This document shows positions 28,789-38,161 of a stretch of 64,000 bases of DNA, one piece after another. A program made the translations under genes and the position numbers. The stretch is taken from positions 299-64,298 of the forward strand of contig JAURQX010000040.1 of NCBI GenBank assembly GCA_030835905.1, written 5' to 3'. This DNA comes from Alphaproteobacteria bacterium (GTDB lineage Bacteria; Pseudomonadota; Alphaproteobacteria; Rickettsiales; UBA1997). Numbering within the stretch: position 1 is the first letter of the stretch; the number at the start of each line of letters is the position of its first letter. Under the pieces are notes generated by a model, which ran no database searches, was not told the DNA's origin, and saw nothing but the letters and a program-made list of their open reading frames with translations.

Positions 28789-28913
28789 TTGAGCTATTGG
28801 TTAATTTGCAGTGATCTTCAAAAATTCTTATTACAAATTTGGTTCAAGAGATTTATAAGTATAATATATTAAGCTTATAGTATTATTAATGTTTTCTTAT
28901 TAAGTAATTTTCA

Positions 28914-31094
28914 GTGTTTAGGTCCTGTCAAATTAGATTTGTTATTAGCTGCTTGATCTTTTTTTTAATATTTGTAAAGGCTTATGCTAAAAACTCCTTT
29001 AAAAATATTCAAAATGACAAATCTTCAACAATTATAAAAGCAAATCAGGTCGATGGCGATCAAAAAAACATGATCTTAAGAGCGACTGGAGATGTTGAAA
29101 TAAGTAAAGGTTTAAGCAAGATTACTGCTGATGAAGTTGCGTATGATAAAAAAAATAAAAAAATTGAAATTAAAGGCAATATTGTTGCTAACAACCTTGA
29201 AGTTGGTCGCCTTAATTCAAGTGAGGCAGAGGTCAAAGATGATTTTACAAGTGGCTATTTTAAAAATGCTGAAATGATATTTAATGATGGTTCTTATATT
29301 AAAGCAAGCAAGGTTGAAAAGAAGAATCCGATATCAACTATTTTTTATAATCCAATTTATTCATTTTGTCCAAATGATGAAATTGCTAACAATTCAGACA
29401 ATATAGGAAAGAAAAAAAATTTTGCAGCAATTAGATCAAAAAAAACAAAAATAGATAAAGAAAGCCAGTCAATCAAAACTACCCACGGTTTTTTTGAAAT
29501 ATACGATGTTCCAGTTTTCTACACGCCATATTTTAGTGCACCTCTTTCATCCGATAAGAAAGAAACGGGATTTTTATTTCCAAGCTATGATCGAAATAAC
29601 CAATTTGGCATTGGGGTAAGGTTACCCTTTTATGCCAATATTGCTCCAAATAAAGATTTGTTAATTACTCCTAAAATCGGTCTAGATGGAGAGAAGTATC
29701 TAATCACCAATAATTTTCGTCACTTAACTTCATATGGTCAGTACGATCTATCACTCGAATTCGCTAATAATAAAATTAATTCTGAAGAAAATGATGCTAC
29801 AATTGTTAACAGAAGTAGCAATAACATCAGATGGTTATTTCAAGGTAAGGGCGACTTTGATTTTAACGAAAATTTTGGTTTTGATTATTCAGCTAACACT
29901 CTGTCAGATTCAAGTTATCTTAGAGATTACCAAAATGATTATCTTAACTACTCTTTAACTCAGGCTAACTTCGATTATATTAAAGATCGTGACTATTTTG
30001 CAATTAAAGCTTCTCGATTTCAAGAATTAGAAAATTATCAAGATCAAAAACAACAACAATTTGTTTTGCCGCAAATTGATCATGAAACAACATTTAGATC
30101 CTTACTATTCAGTGAACAAATTTCTCTAAAAAGCAATATTACAGCAATAAATAGAGAGAGTGGATTGCAATATCACCGTATGACTTTTATTCCTGAAATA
30201 TTATTACCTTTTAATGTTTATGGTAATTTAATAAATGCTAAATTTTTATTACAAAATGACTTTTATTGGTTTGATCAAAATTATAAATATAACGAAAATC
30301 ATGTTGATTATAAAAAAACGCAAATAAATCAAAGGCCTAAATTTGTTTTAGATTGGTCGTTACCATTAATTAAAAAAAATCAGGAAAGCACTATTTTAAT
30401 TGAGCCTATGGCAAGCTTTGTTTCAACTAAGTCAGTCTTAAGTTATAATAAAATTGCTAATGAAGATTCTCAAGATTCAGAGTTAACTTTTAGTAATATT
30501 TTTAGTGATGATTATTTATCTGGATATGATCGCAATGAAGCGGATGAAAGATTTGGTTATGGTGTTAAATCCTCTTTATTTAATAATATTGGCGAATTTT
30601 TTGTTGGCTTAGGACAGAGTTATAGAGTAAATAATGAAACTCAAGATGTTGCAATCAAAGGATATAGCCAAAGCAATAAATCAAACTTTGTTGGTAAGGC
30701 TATGTATAAATTTAAAAGAAATTTTTCGCTATCCTACACATTTCAACTAAACGAAAATAATTATCGCAATGATATTAATGAGATTAACTTAACCGCCAAT
30801 TACGATCGATTTAGCTTTGGAACAAACTATACTCTTATTAGAAGAACTTTACAAAACGATACTAAAAGAGAGCAGATAAATTTATCATCGTCCATCAAGC
30901 TATTAAACAGATGGAAAATTTCAGCCAATGGAAATAGAGATTTAAGGACTGGCAAAATTCTATCAAAAAGAATAGACGTCTACCGCAATGGATGTTGTAC
31001 TGAGTTTGGATTTTATGCAATTGAAAGCAACCCTGAAAACTTTAATAAGCCAGTTAAAACTTATGGCTTGAACTTAACATTTAAGAATTTGTAA
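28914..31094 (+). CDS. lptD: LPS-assembly outer membrane protein LptD
   Basis: Signal peptide, an OstA-N-like segment (ITADEVAYDKKNKKIEIKGNIV) and a long beta-barrel-like Tyr/Asn/Phe-rich C-terminus. GTG start. Confidence 0.8.
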   Translation: MFRSCQIRFVISCLIFFLIFVKAYAKNSFKNIQNDKSSTIIKANQVDGDQKNMILRATGDVEISKGLSKITADEVAYDKKNKKIEIKGNIVANNLEVGRLNSSEAEVKDDFTSGYFKNAEMIFNDGSYIKASKVEKKNPISTIFYNPIYSFCPNDEIANNSDNIGKKKNFAAIRSKKTKIDKESQSIKTTHGFFEIYDVPVFYTPYFSAPLSSDKKETGFLFPSYDRNNQFGIGVRLPFYANIAPNKDLLITPKIGLDGEKYLITNNFRHLTSYGQYDLSLEFANNKINSEENDATIVNRSSNNIRWLFQGKGDFDFNENFGFDYSANTLSDSSYLRDYQNDYLNYSLTQANFDYIKDRDYFAIKASRFQELENYQDQKQQQFVLPQIDHETTFRSLLFSEQISLKSNITAINRESGLQYHRMTFIPEILLPFNVYGNLINAKFLLQNDFYWFDQNYKYNENHVDYKKTQINQRPKFVLDWSLPLIKKNQESTILIEPMASFVSTKSVLSYNKIANEDSQDSELTFSNIFSDDYLSGYDRNEADERFGYGVKSSLFNNIGEFFVGLGQSYRVNNETQDVAIKGYSQSNKSNFVGKAMYKFKRNFSLSYTFQLNENNYRNDINEINLTANYDRFSFGTNYTLIRRTLQNDTKREQINLSSSIKLLNRWKISANGNRDLRTGKILSKRIDVYRNGCCTEFGFYAIESNPENFNKPVKTYGLNLTFKNL

Positions 31095-31298
31095 TAAACA
31101 AAAGATTTATGCTAAAATAGTTAGGTACTGCTAATAAAGGTTATTTATGTTAAACTATAAAACCTTTGTTAACAAGTGGCTATTTATTCTCGTAAATTGA
31201 ATTTTAATATTTATTTTTCAAAGTCATATTATAACAAAATCCATCTAGCTAATGCTAATATTTGTGAATTTTTTAAAATAACTTAATTTTACTTAAAA

Positions 31299-31619
31299 AT
31301 GACTAAAGAAACTACCGATAACAATTTTTCAAATGACGTTTTGCAGGCCAAAAAGCCAGTTTTGGTTGATTTTTGGGCGCCTTGGTGTGGTCCATGTCGA
31401 CAATTAGGACCGGTTGTTGATCAGCTATCACAAGAGATGTCTGATCAAATTGAGGTATTTAAAGTTAATATTGATGATAATCCAGAAACTCCTTCAAAAT
31501 ACATGGTTCGTGGTGTTCCAACTTTAATTTTATTTAAAGATGGAGAAGTGATTGATACCAAGGTTGGTGCTTTGCCAAAATCTGCTTTAAAACAATGGCT
31601 TGATGGCAATTTGTCATAA
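31299..31619 (+). CDS. trxA: thioredoxin
   Basis: WAPWCGPC active site; 106 aa. Confidence 0.95.
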   Translation: MTKETTDNNFSNDVLQAKKPVLVDFWAPWCGPCRQLGPVVDQLSQEMSDQIEVFKVNIDDNPETPSKYMVRGVPTLILFKDGEVIDTKVGALPKSALKQWLDGNLS

Positions 31620-32424
31620 AAAATTAGATCTTTTAGAAGCTCAATCAAATTTTTATAACTCTAGCTCATTTTTACTAAAAATTGGTTGTGAGCTAGAGTT
31701 TTTTTTATTTAAAAAAAATAATCAGCCGGCAAATATTAATGAGATTGAGTATTTTATAGCTGATTTTACCAAATTTCAAAATAGCCAAAAAAATAATATA
31801 ATTCTTGATATTATTAGAGAGCAGGGGGTTTCTCAGCTTGAAGTCAGAACTAAATTTAGTGATGATTTAGTTTTGCTTAGTAAGTCTATTGAAGATATCA
31901 AAATCAAAATTGCCAATTTAGCTAATGAGCGTGATTTAATAGCATCATTTGTGGCGCAACCTATAGAAAATGATTGTGGCAATGCTCTGCAATTTAATAT
32001 TTCTTTACATGATAATTTTGGCACTAATCTCTTAGATAATGATGAAATTTTGCATAAATTTTGCCAAAATTTGTTAGATAAAACAAGGCAAATTTTACCT
32101 TCCTTAATTTCTAATCAAGATGATCTAAAAAGATTTGATGCCGAGTTAAATCTAAATCTTTTCAAAAAAGGCAAATATGTGGCGCCTACTAATTTAAGCT
32201 ACGGTATCAATAATCGAACATGCGCCATTAGAATTGCTCAAGGCTATGAAAAAAATAAAAGAATTGAATATCGCATCCCAAGTGCCAATGCTAATTGTTT
32301 TCAAGCCTTATCAGCAATTTTAGAAGTCAGTAAAGATTTTATGGATACAAGTTTAATCAAAAATGATCCAAGATTTATCTACGGTAACGCTTTTGATTAC
32401 AAAAATTTAGAAAAAATAATTTAG
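31600..32424 (+). CDS. short glutamine synthetase catalytic-domain-like protein (divergent)
   Basis: GCELEFFLF, SQLEVRT, NRTCAIRI and RIEYRIPSANANCFQAL align to Gln-synt_C landmarks. There is no N-terminal beta-grasp domain. Confidence 0.6.
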   Translation: MMAICHKKLDLLEAQSNFYNSSSFLLKIGCELEFFLFKKNNQPANINEIEYFIADFTKFQNSQKNNIILDIIREQGVSQLEVRTKFSDDLVLLSKSIEDIKIKIANLANERDLIASFVAQPIENDCGNALQFNISLHDNFGTNLLDNDEILHKFCQNLLDKTRQILPSLISNQDDLKRFDAELNLNLFKKGKYVAPTNLSYGINNRTCAIRIAQGYEKNKRIEYRIPSANANCFQALSAILEVSKDFMDTSLIKNDPRFIYGNAFDYKNLEKII

Positions 32425-32425
32425 A

Positions 32426-33388
32426 TTAACCAATTTTCTTTAAAACTGAGTTTTCAAGCTTTTTTCTTAAATTAATGATCATTGTTTCAGTCATTTTAGC
32501 TAGATCATATTCTGCTTTCCAACCCCATTGAGATCTTGATGAGCTATCATCAATTGATTTTGGCCAAGAATTGGCAATTTGTTGACGAAAATCCGGATTA
32601 TATTCAATGCTAAATTCTGGAATATGTTTTTTTATTTCCTTGGCTAACTCGGCGCAAGAAAAGCTGATGCCAGCAAAGTTAAAATCAGCGTGATTTTTAA
32701 GTTTAGAAAAGTCAGTTTGCGCTAGTTCAATTGTGCCACGAATTGCATCATCAATATACATCATCGGTAAAACGGTGTCAGCACTTAAAAAGCAATTATA
32801 ATGTTTATTTTTAATGGCTTCATAGAAAATTTCGACCGCATAATCAGTTGTACCGCCACCCGGTAAAGTTTTGTGACTGATAAGTCCTGGATAGCGAAGG
32901 CCACGAACATCAAGACCAAATTTATTAACATAATATTCGCAAAGCAACTCGCCAGCAACCTTAGTTAAACCATACATGGTTTTTGGTAAAAGAATAGTCT
33001 GTTGTGGAGTGTTATCTCTTGGTGTTTCTGGGCCAAAAACTGCAATTGAGCTTGGACAAATAACTTGTTTTAGTTTGTTGGTTCTAGCAACTTCTAAAAC
33101 ATTGTGAAGTCCTGCCATATTGACATTCCAGCATAAATTATGACTTTTTTCACCATTAGCTGAAAGGATTGCAGCCAAGTGATATATGACGGTAATATTA
33201 TGTTTTTTAACGATTTGCTCTAAATTATCTTTTTGTAAGACATCAAGATTTTCATATGGCTTAACATCAACTTTAGAAGCATCAATTATATCAGAAGCAA
33301 CCACATTTTCATCGCCATAAATATTTTTAAGAGCAAGAGTAAGTTCAGATCCTATTTGACCTAAAGCACCAGTAACAAGAATTTTCAT
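32426..33388 (-). CDS. tdh: L-threonine 3-dehydrogenase, SDR/epimerase type
   Basis: ILVTGALGQIGSEL, YGLTKVAGE, LRYPGLISHKTLPGGGTTDYAV and ANSWPKSIDDSSSRSQWGWK closely parallel SDR-type TDHs, including the mammalian enzyme. Confidence 0.8.
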   Translation of the reverse strand: MKILVTGALGQIGSELTLALKNIYGDENVVASDIIDASKVDVKPYENLDVLQKDNLEQIVKKHNITVIYHLAAILSANGEKSHNLCWNVNMAGLHNVLEVARTNKLKQVICPSSIAVFGPETPRDNTPQQTILLPKTMYGLTKVAGELLCEYYVNKFGLDVRGLRYPGLISHKTLPGGGTTDYAVEIFYEAIKNKHYNCFLSADTVLPMMYIDDAIRGTIELAQTDFSKLKNHADFNFAGISFSCAELAKEIKKHIPEFSIEYNPDFRQQIANSWPKSIDDSSSRSQWGWKAEYDLAKMTETMIINLRKKLENSVLKKIG

Positions 33389-33435
33389 TAATTTATTATT
33401 TTAAAAAGTTATTTGGAATCTTGCCTAATTAAATA

Positions 33436-34878
33436 TTATTCTTTTATAAAAACAGCAGAAATTTTTTGAATTTCATCACTTTCTTTATCAATCAAATCAA
33501 GATCTATAAGAATTCGATCCTCATTAATTTTTGCTAAAAAATCAGGACTTAATTTAAGATATATCATAAAGCTAGCAACTTTTTGCGCCTTCACTTCTAA
33601 GTTGTTAATATCATCATTTTGGATTTGGATTATTTTTCGATCAAATTTGTCTGGTTTAAGGCTAAAATATTTATCTTTTAGAGTTTTGTTAACAATTCTC
33701 AAATTATAGCCGTTACGAATTGAACCATCAGACATTTTAACAAAAATCGGATTACGATTAGCAATCATATTAACCTCAATTGCTGTTTTAAAAACTAAAG
33801 ATTTAAGCATTACGGTGCAGGCAATCAAAATAATTGCTGTGTAAAAAAAGGTGCGAGGGCGTAGTAATTTAAATTTATTCTTAGGGCTTGGTTTTTCTAG
33901 ATTGGCCATGGTGTCATAGCGAATTAGGCCTTTTGGCAAATCGAATTTTTTCATCACATTATCACAAGCATCAATACAAAGTCCACAGGCAATGCATTGC
34001 ATTTGCAAGCCATCACGAATATCAATACCAACTGGGCAAACCACCACACATTGATGACAATCTATGCAATGACCACGGTTTGAGAAATCGCCATCTTTTG
34101 GTGCTTTTTGTCGTGGTTCGCCGCGTTTTTGATCATAGGAAATGATTAGAGTATTTTTATCAAACATCGCAGATTGAAAGCGTGCATAAGGGCACATAAA
34201 AGTGCAGACATGTTCGCGAGCAAAGCCAGCCATGATATAAGTCATAAAAGCAATACCGCAAATCCAGCCAATTTGCGTTAAGCCTATTTCAAAATTACTG
34301 ATTGATTTAGTTAGTTGATAAGCGTCATTAAAATAACAAACAAAGCCAAAGCCAGTAATTAAAGAAACTAAAATCCAACTCAAGTGAGTTAAGAATTTTT
34401 TGTAAAATTTCTCAAAATTATTTTTGCGGTCTAAAATAATGCGCTGATTGCGATCTCCTTGAAAAATTTTTTCAATATCAATAAAAATATCAGTCCAAAC
34501 CGTTTGAAAACAGGCGTAACCACACCAAATTCGACCAAAAAGTGAAGTCACAAAAAATAAAATCACAGCCGCTAACAGCAAAATTCCCATCAAAAAATAT
34601 ACTTCTTGTGGCCAAATTTCGATAAAAAAGAAATAAGCACGACTATTTGGAAGATCAATTAATACTGCCTGATCTGGAGCAACGCCAGATCTGTCAAAGC
34701 GCAAAAAAGGTGTAAATAAATAAATTGCTAAAAAAATTGTATTTAAATACCACTTTAATTTGCGAAATCTGCCCTTAACCGACTGCGGATAAAGCCTCTT
34801 TTTCGCCTCAAAATACTCTTCTAACATACTCGATCTAAATGATAAATTCCCCCAATAAAGTTGTAAACTTTTTGGCAT
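33436..34878 (-). CDS. ccoG: cytochrome c oxidase accessory protein CcoG (FixG)
   Basis: YPQSVKGRFRKLKW, CGYACFQTVWTD, CTFMCPYARFQSAMFD and CIDCHQCVVVCPVGIDIRDG..CIACGLCIDACD. Start is uncertain: ATG 34878, TTG 34899 or a later Met. Confidence 0.88.
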   Translation of the reverse strand: MPKSLQLYWGNLSFRSSMLEEYFEAKKRLYPQSVKGRFRKLKWYLNTIFLAIYLFTPFLRFDRSGVAPDQAVLIDLPNSRAYFFFIEIWPQEVYFLMGILLLAAVILFFVTSLFGRIWCGYACFQTVWTDIFIDIEKIFQGDRNQRIILDRKNNFEKFYKKFLTHLSWILVSLITGFGFVCYFNDAYQLTKSISNFEIGLTQIGWICGIAFMTYIMAGFAREHVCTFMCPYARFQSAMFDKNTLIISYDQKRGEPRQKAPKDGDFSNRGHCIDCHQCVVVCPVGIDIRDGLQMQCIACGLCIDACDNVMKKFDLPKGLIRYDTMANLEKPSPKNKFKLLRPRTFFYTAIILIACTVMLKSLVFKTAIEVNMIANRNPIFVKMSDGSIRNGYNLRIVNKTLKDKYFSLKPDKFDRKIIQIQNDDINNLEVKAQKVASFMIYLKLSPDFLAKINEDRILIDLDLIDKESDEIQKISAVFIKE

Positions 34879-34960
34879 AGATTTGATCAATTTAAACAAT
34901 CCTAAACGATTGTTTAAATCATCAAATCGGTGTGACTAGGCGTCGCCGGTAATCCGGAGT

Positions 34961-34993
34961 AAAAAAATTAGCATTTTGCCAAAGGCTAAATGC
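34961..34993 (-). terminator. rho-independent terminator downstream of the ABC-F gene
   Basis: Stem gcattttgcc/ggctaaatgc (9 of 10 bp paired) with a 3-nt loop. On the minus strand it is followed by taattttttta. Confidence 0.5.
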
Positions 34994-35008
34994 GAAAAAA
35001 TATAAAAC

Positions 35009-36802
35009 CTAACTCAACTCTTCTAAGAAAATCCATCTATCCTCTAATTCATTAAGCTTTTTACTCAAAATTCCTAATTCTTGGGCAATTTCGGCTGAAT
35101 TTGTAGGGTTTTTGGCTAATTCTTCGTTTAATTTAAGAATTTTTTCTTCCGTTTCTTCAATTTGTTTTGGTAATTTTTCTAACTCAAATTTTTCTTTATT
35201 GCTTATTTTTTGAGTATTTTTGGCTATTTTTTCTAGATCTCTTATTTGTTTTTCTTCAATTTTATTTAACGTTAATTCCTGCTTATTTTGATTAAAGAAA
35301 TTTTCATAATCTGAATAATTGCCATAATTTTGAAAAATTGAACCATCTTCCTTAAATGACAAAATAGAAGTCGCTATGTTGTCCAAGAAATCACGATCGT
35401 GACTAACAATTAGCAAGGTTCCTTGATAATTTAACAGATATTCTTGCAACATATCCAAGCTTTCCATATCAAGATCATTAGTCGGCTCGTCTAAAATTAA
35501 AAAATTACCGGGATTGGCCAAAGTTTTGGCTAAAAGTAGACGATTTTGCTGACCTCCCGACAAAGTTTTTGCCTTAGTTTTTAACTCTTTTGGATCAAAT
35601 AAAAAATCTTTAAGATAGCCACAAACATGGCGCGTTTTGCCATTGGCTAAGGTGACATAATCAGAGCCATTATCACAAATTACATCATGCAAAGTTACTT
35701 GATCATCAATAATGCTACGACTTTGATCAAAGTAAGAAATATCGATATCAAAAGCCTGTTTAACATTGCCAGAAGTTGGCTCGATTTTTGTAGTGATTAG
35801 GTTGAGCAAAGTTGATTTACCGCTGCCATTTTTGCCGATAATGCCGATTTTTTCACCGCGTAAAATTTTTATCGAAAAATTATCGATAATTTTTTTATCT
35901 TCGTAAGCCTTGTTAACATTGTTAAGAGCAACAATTATTTGCGGGGCATCATTTTCAATTTTGGCTGAATTTATATTAATTTTGTTTTGATTTTGGCGAA
36001 TTAGATGATGTTGTTGAACAATTTTTTGCTGAAGTTCTTTTAAATAATGAAGTCTTCCAATGTTTCTCTTGCGTCTGGCAGTGACGCCAGTTTGTAGCCA
36101 TTGTTTTTCAAGCTCATATTTTTTTTGCAGATTGTTAAATTCTCTTTGTTCGTGATCAATGATGGCGCCAGACCATTCTTCAAAATTTTTATAGCCATAA
36201 TTATTGATATTAATCTTGCCAGATCTTAGCCAAAAAACTTTGTTGGTAACTTTTTCAAGGAATTTTCGATCATGCGAAATTACTAATAAAGCTCCACGAT
36301 AATTTTTAAGATAATCTTCTAGCCATTGAATTGTTTCTAAGTCAAGATGGTTAGTTGGCTCGTCAAGTAGCAAAATATCAGGCTCAAAAACCAAAGCTTT
36401 GGCTAAATTAGCTCTTCTTTTTTGACCACCCGATAAATTTTTAATCAAATCATCTTTATTGAGCCCTAAATTATCACAAATTATATCAATTAGATATGAT
36501 TTTTCATCATCAATTTTAACTTGGCTGGCTATAAAATCGGCAATTGAGTGATTTTGATCAAAAGCAAACTCATTTTGTGATAAATAGCCAATTTGTAAGT
36601 TGGGAGCTACCCATCTTTCACCAGTATCAAGATCAATTTCTTGAGTAATTGCTTTCATTAGACTGGTTTTGCCAACACCATTTTTGCCAATTAAACAAAT
36701 TCTATCGCCATTAAAAATGTTGAAACTAAGATTTTCAAACAGCACCTTTTTAGCAAAAGAAATTTCGGCACTACGAATTGAAAGAATTGGTGGATTAGAC
36801 AT
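35009..36802 (-). CDS. ABC-F family ATPase (Uup-like)
   Basis: Two ABC cassettes without TM domains (GKNGVGKTS and GKNGSGKST, LSGGQKRR and LSGGQQNR) and a C-terminal coiled coil. Start moved to MSNPPILSI (36802). Confidence 0.88.
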   Translation of the reverse strand: MSNPPILSIRSAEISFAKKVLFENLSFNIFNGDRICLIGKNGVGKTSLMKAITQEIDLDTGERWVAPNLQIGYLSQNEFAFDQNHSIADFIASQVKIDDEKSYLIDIICDNLGLNKDDLIKNLSGGQKRRANLAKALVFEPDILLLDEPTNHLDLETIQWLEDYLKNYRGALLVISHDRKFLEKVTNKVFWLRSGKININNYGYKNFEEWSGAIIDHEQREFNNLQKKYELEKQWLQTGVTARRKRNIGRLHYLKELQQKIVQQHHLIRQNQNKININSAKIENDAPQIIVALNNVNKAYEDKKIIDNFSIKILRGEKIGIIGKNGSGKSTLLNLITTKIEPTSGNVKQAFDIDISYFDQSRSIIDDQVTLHDVICDNGSDYVTLANGKTRHVCGYLKDFLFDPKELKTKAKTLSGGQQNRLLLAKTLANPGNFLILDEPTNDLDMESLDMLQEYLLNYQGTLLIVSHDRDFLDNIATSILSFKEDGSIFQNYGNYSDYENFFNQNKQELTLNKIEEKQIRDLEKIAKNTQKISNKEKFELEKLPKQIEETEEKILKLNEELAKNPTNSAEIAQELGILSKKLNELEDRWIFLEELS

Positions 36803-36872
36803 TAAAAAAGTATAATTTTTAAAAAGATAATTTAAAACTAGCGCCCATAAATCAAATTTAAACATAAATTTT

Positions 36873-38108
36873 ATGACCATTCAAATTACTAAGCTTAAAA
36901 ATGGCCTCAGGGTTGCAACTGACGAAATGACAGATGTTGAAACTGTATCAATTGGTGTTTTTGTCAATACAGGAAGTCGCAACGAAACGCCAGAAATAAA
37001 TGGCATTTCGCATTTTTTGGAGCATATGGCTTTTAAAGGCACTAAAAAAAGATCAGCCAAGCAAATTGCTGAAGAATTTGAAGGAATTGGTGGTCGAATT
37101 AACGCCTACACCTCCAAAGAAAAAACGGTTTTTTACGCCAAAGTTCTTAAAAAACATACTGAATTTGCTACTGAGTTTTTATCTGATATTTTGCAAAATT
37201 CTACTTTTGATGAAGTTGAGCTTGAAAAAGAGAGGGGAGTAATTTTGCAAGAAATTGCCATGACTAATGACACGCCAGATGATATTGTTTTTGATTATTT
37301 TCATCAAACAGCTTTTCCAAATCAAGCTTTGGGTCGCTCAATTTTGGGGCCAGTTAAAAATATCAAAAAATTCAAACGCCAAGATTTTTTAAACTATATT
37401 GGTAAGCAATATAATTATGAAAATATCTGCGTTTCAGCAGCTGGCAACATCAAACATCAAGATTTAGTAAAATGGTGTGAAAAATATTTTACCAATTTGG
37501 GCGATAAAAAACTAGATCAAGTTGAAAAAGGTGATTATCAAGGTGGTCAATTTTTAAAACAAAAAAAGCTCGAGCAAGTCAATTTAGTTCTTGGTTTTAA
37601 AGGCTTATCTTATCATGATGATAATTTTTATGCTGGGCAAATTTTGGCGATGATTTTGGGTGGTGGCATGTCATCAAGATTATTTCAGCATGTGCGTGAA
37701 GAGCTTGGTTTAGCTTATTCAATTTATGCTTTTAATTACTCACATGATGACTGCGGAGTTTTCTCGATTTTTGCTGGCACTTCACCTAATAAAGTTAAAA
37801 AACTACTCAAAGCTACTAAAATTGAAATTGAAAAAATTTGTAAAAATATAACTGATCAAGAGTTGGCCAGAGTTAGAAATCAATTTGAAGCAAGCTTGCT
37901 AATGGCCAAAGAAAGCACTAGCTCAAGAATGCAAAAATTAGGTGGCGATATTTTGGCTTTTGATAAATTGATTGATGATAAGCAAATTATGCAAAAAGTT
38001 AATCAATATTCAAATTCTGATATTTCAAATTTGGCGCAAAAAATCTTTAATAATTCTAAACAAAGTTTTGCAGCAATTGGCGAAGTGAAAAATTTAGAAG
38101 TTGTATAA
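36873..38108 (+). CDS. M16 family zinc peptidase (mitochondrial processing peptidase-like)
   Basis: Inverted zinc motif HFLEHMAFKGT, with a downstream ERGVILQE glutamate. Confidence 0.88.
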   Translation: MTIQITKLKNGLRVATDEMTDVETVSIGVFVNTGSRNETPEINGISHFLEHMAFKGTKKRSAKQIAEEFEGIGGRINAYTSKEKTVFYAKVLKKHTEFATEFLSDILQNSTFDEVELEKERGVILQEIAMTNDTPDDIVFDYFHQTAFPNQALGRSILGPVKNIKKFKRQDFLNYIGKQYNYENICVSAAGNIKHQDLVKWCEKYFTNLGDKKLDQVEKGDYQGGQFLKQKKLEQVNLVLGFKGLSYHDDNFYAGQILAMILGGGMSSRLFQHVREELGLAYSIYAFNYSHDDCGVFSIFAGTSPNKVKKLLKATKIEIEKICKNITDQELARVRNQFEASLLMAKESTSSRMQKLGGDILAFDKLIDDKQIMQKVNQYSNSDISNLAQKIFNNSKQSFAAIGEVKNLEVV

Positions 38109-38161
38109 ATTTTAAAAAATGTTACAATGTGAGGCATTGTTAACTCAAAAAAAGTTTAATT

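Noticed and set aside
28651..28872. 73-aa ORF in the katG-lptD intergenic region
   Set aside because: It lies on the 146-bp palindromic element and has no recognisable motif. It is most likely an artefact of the repeat.
36803..36880. N-terminal extensions suggested by the ORF track (ABC-F 36880, rpmI 1902, bioB 4953, dehydratase 7480, photolyase 40065, mnmE 60449, NMO 62985)
   Set aside because: The extensions are hydrophobic or basic junk preceding a Met that matches the conserved family N-terminus. Several would also overlap the neighbouring gene, so I used the internal starts.
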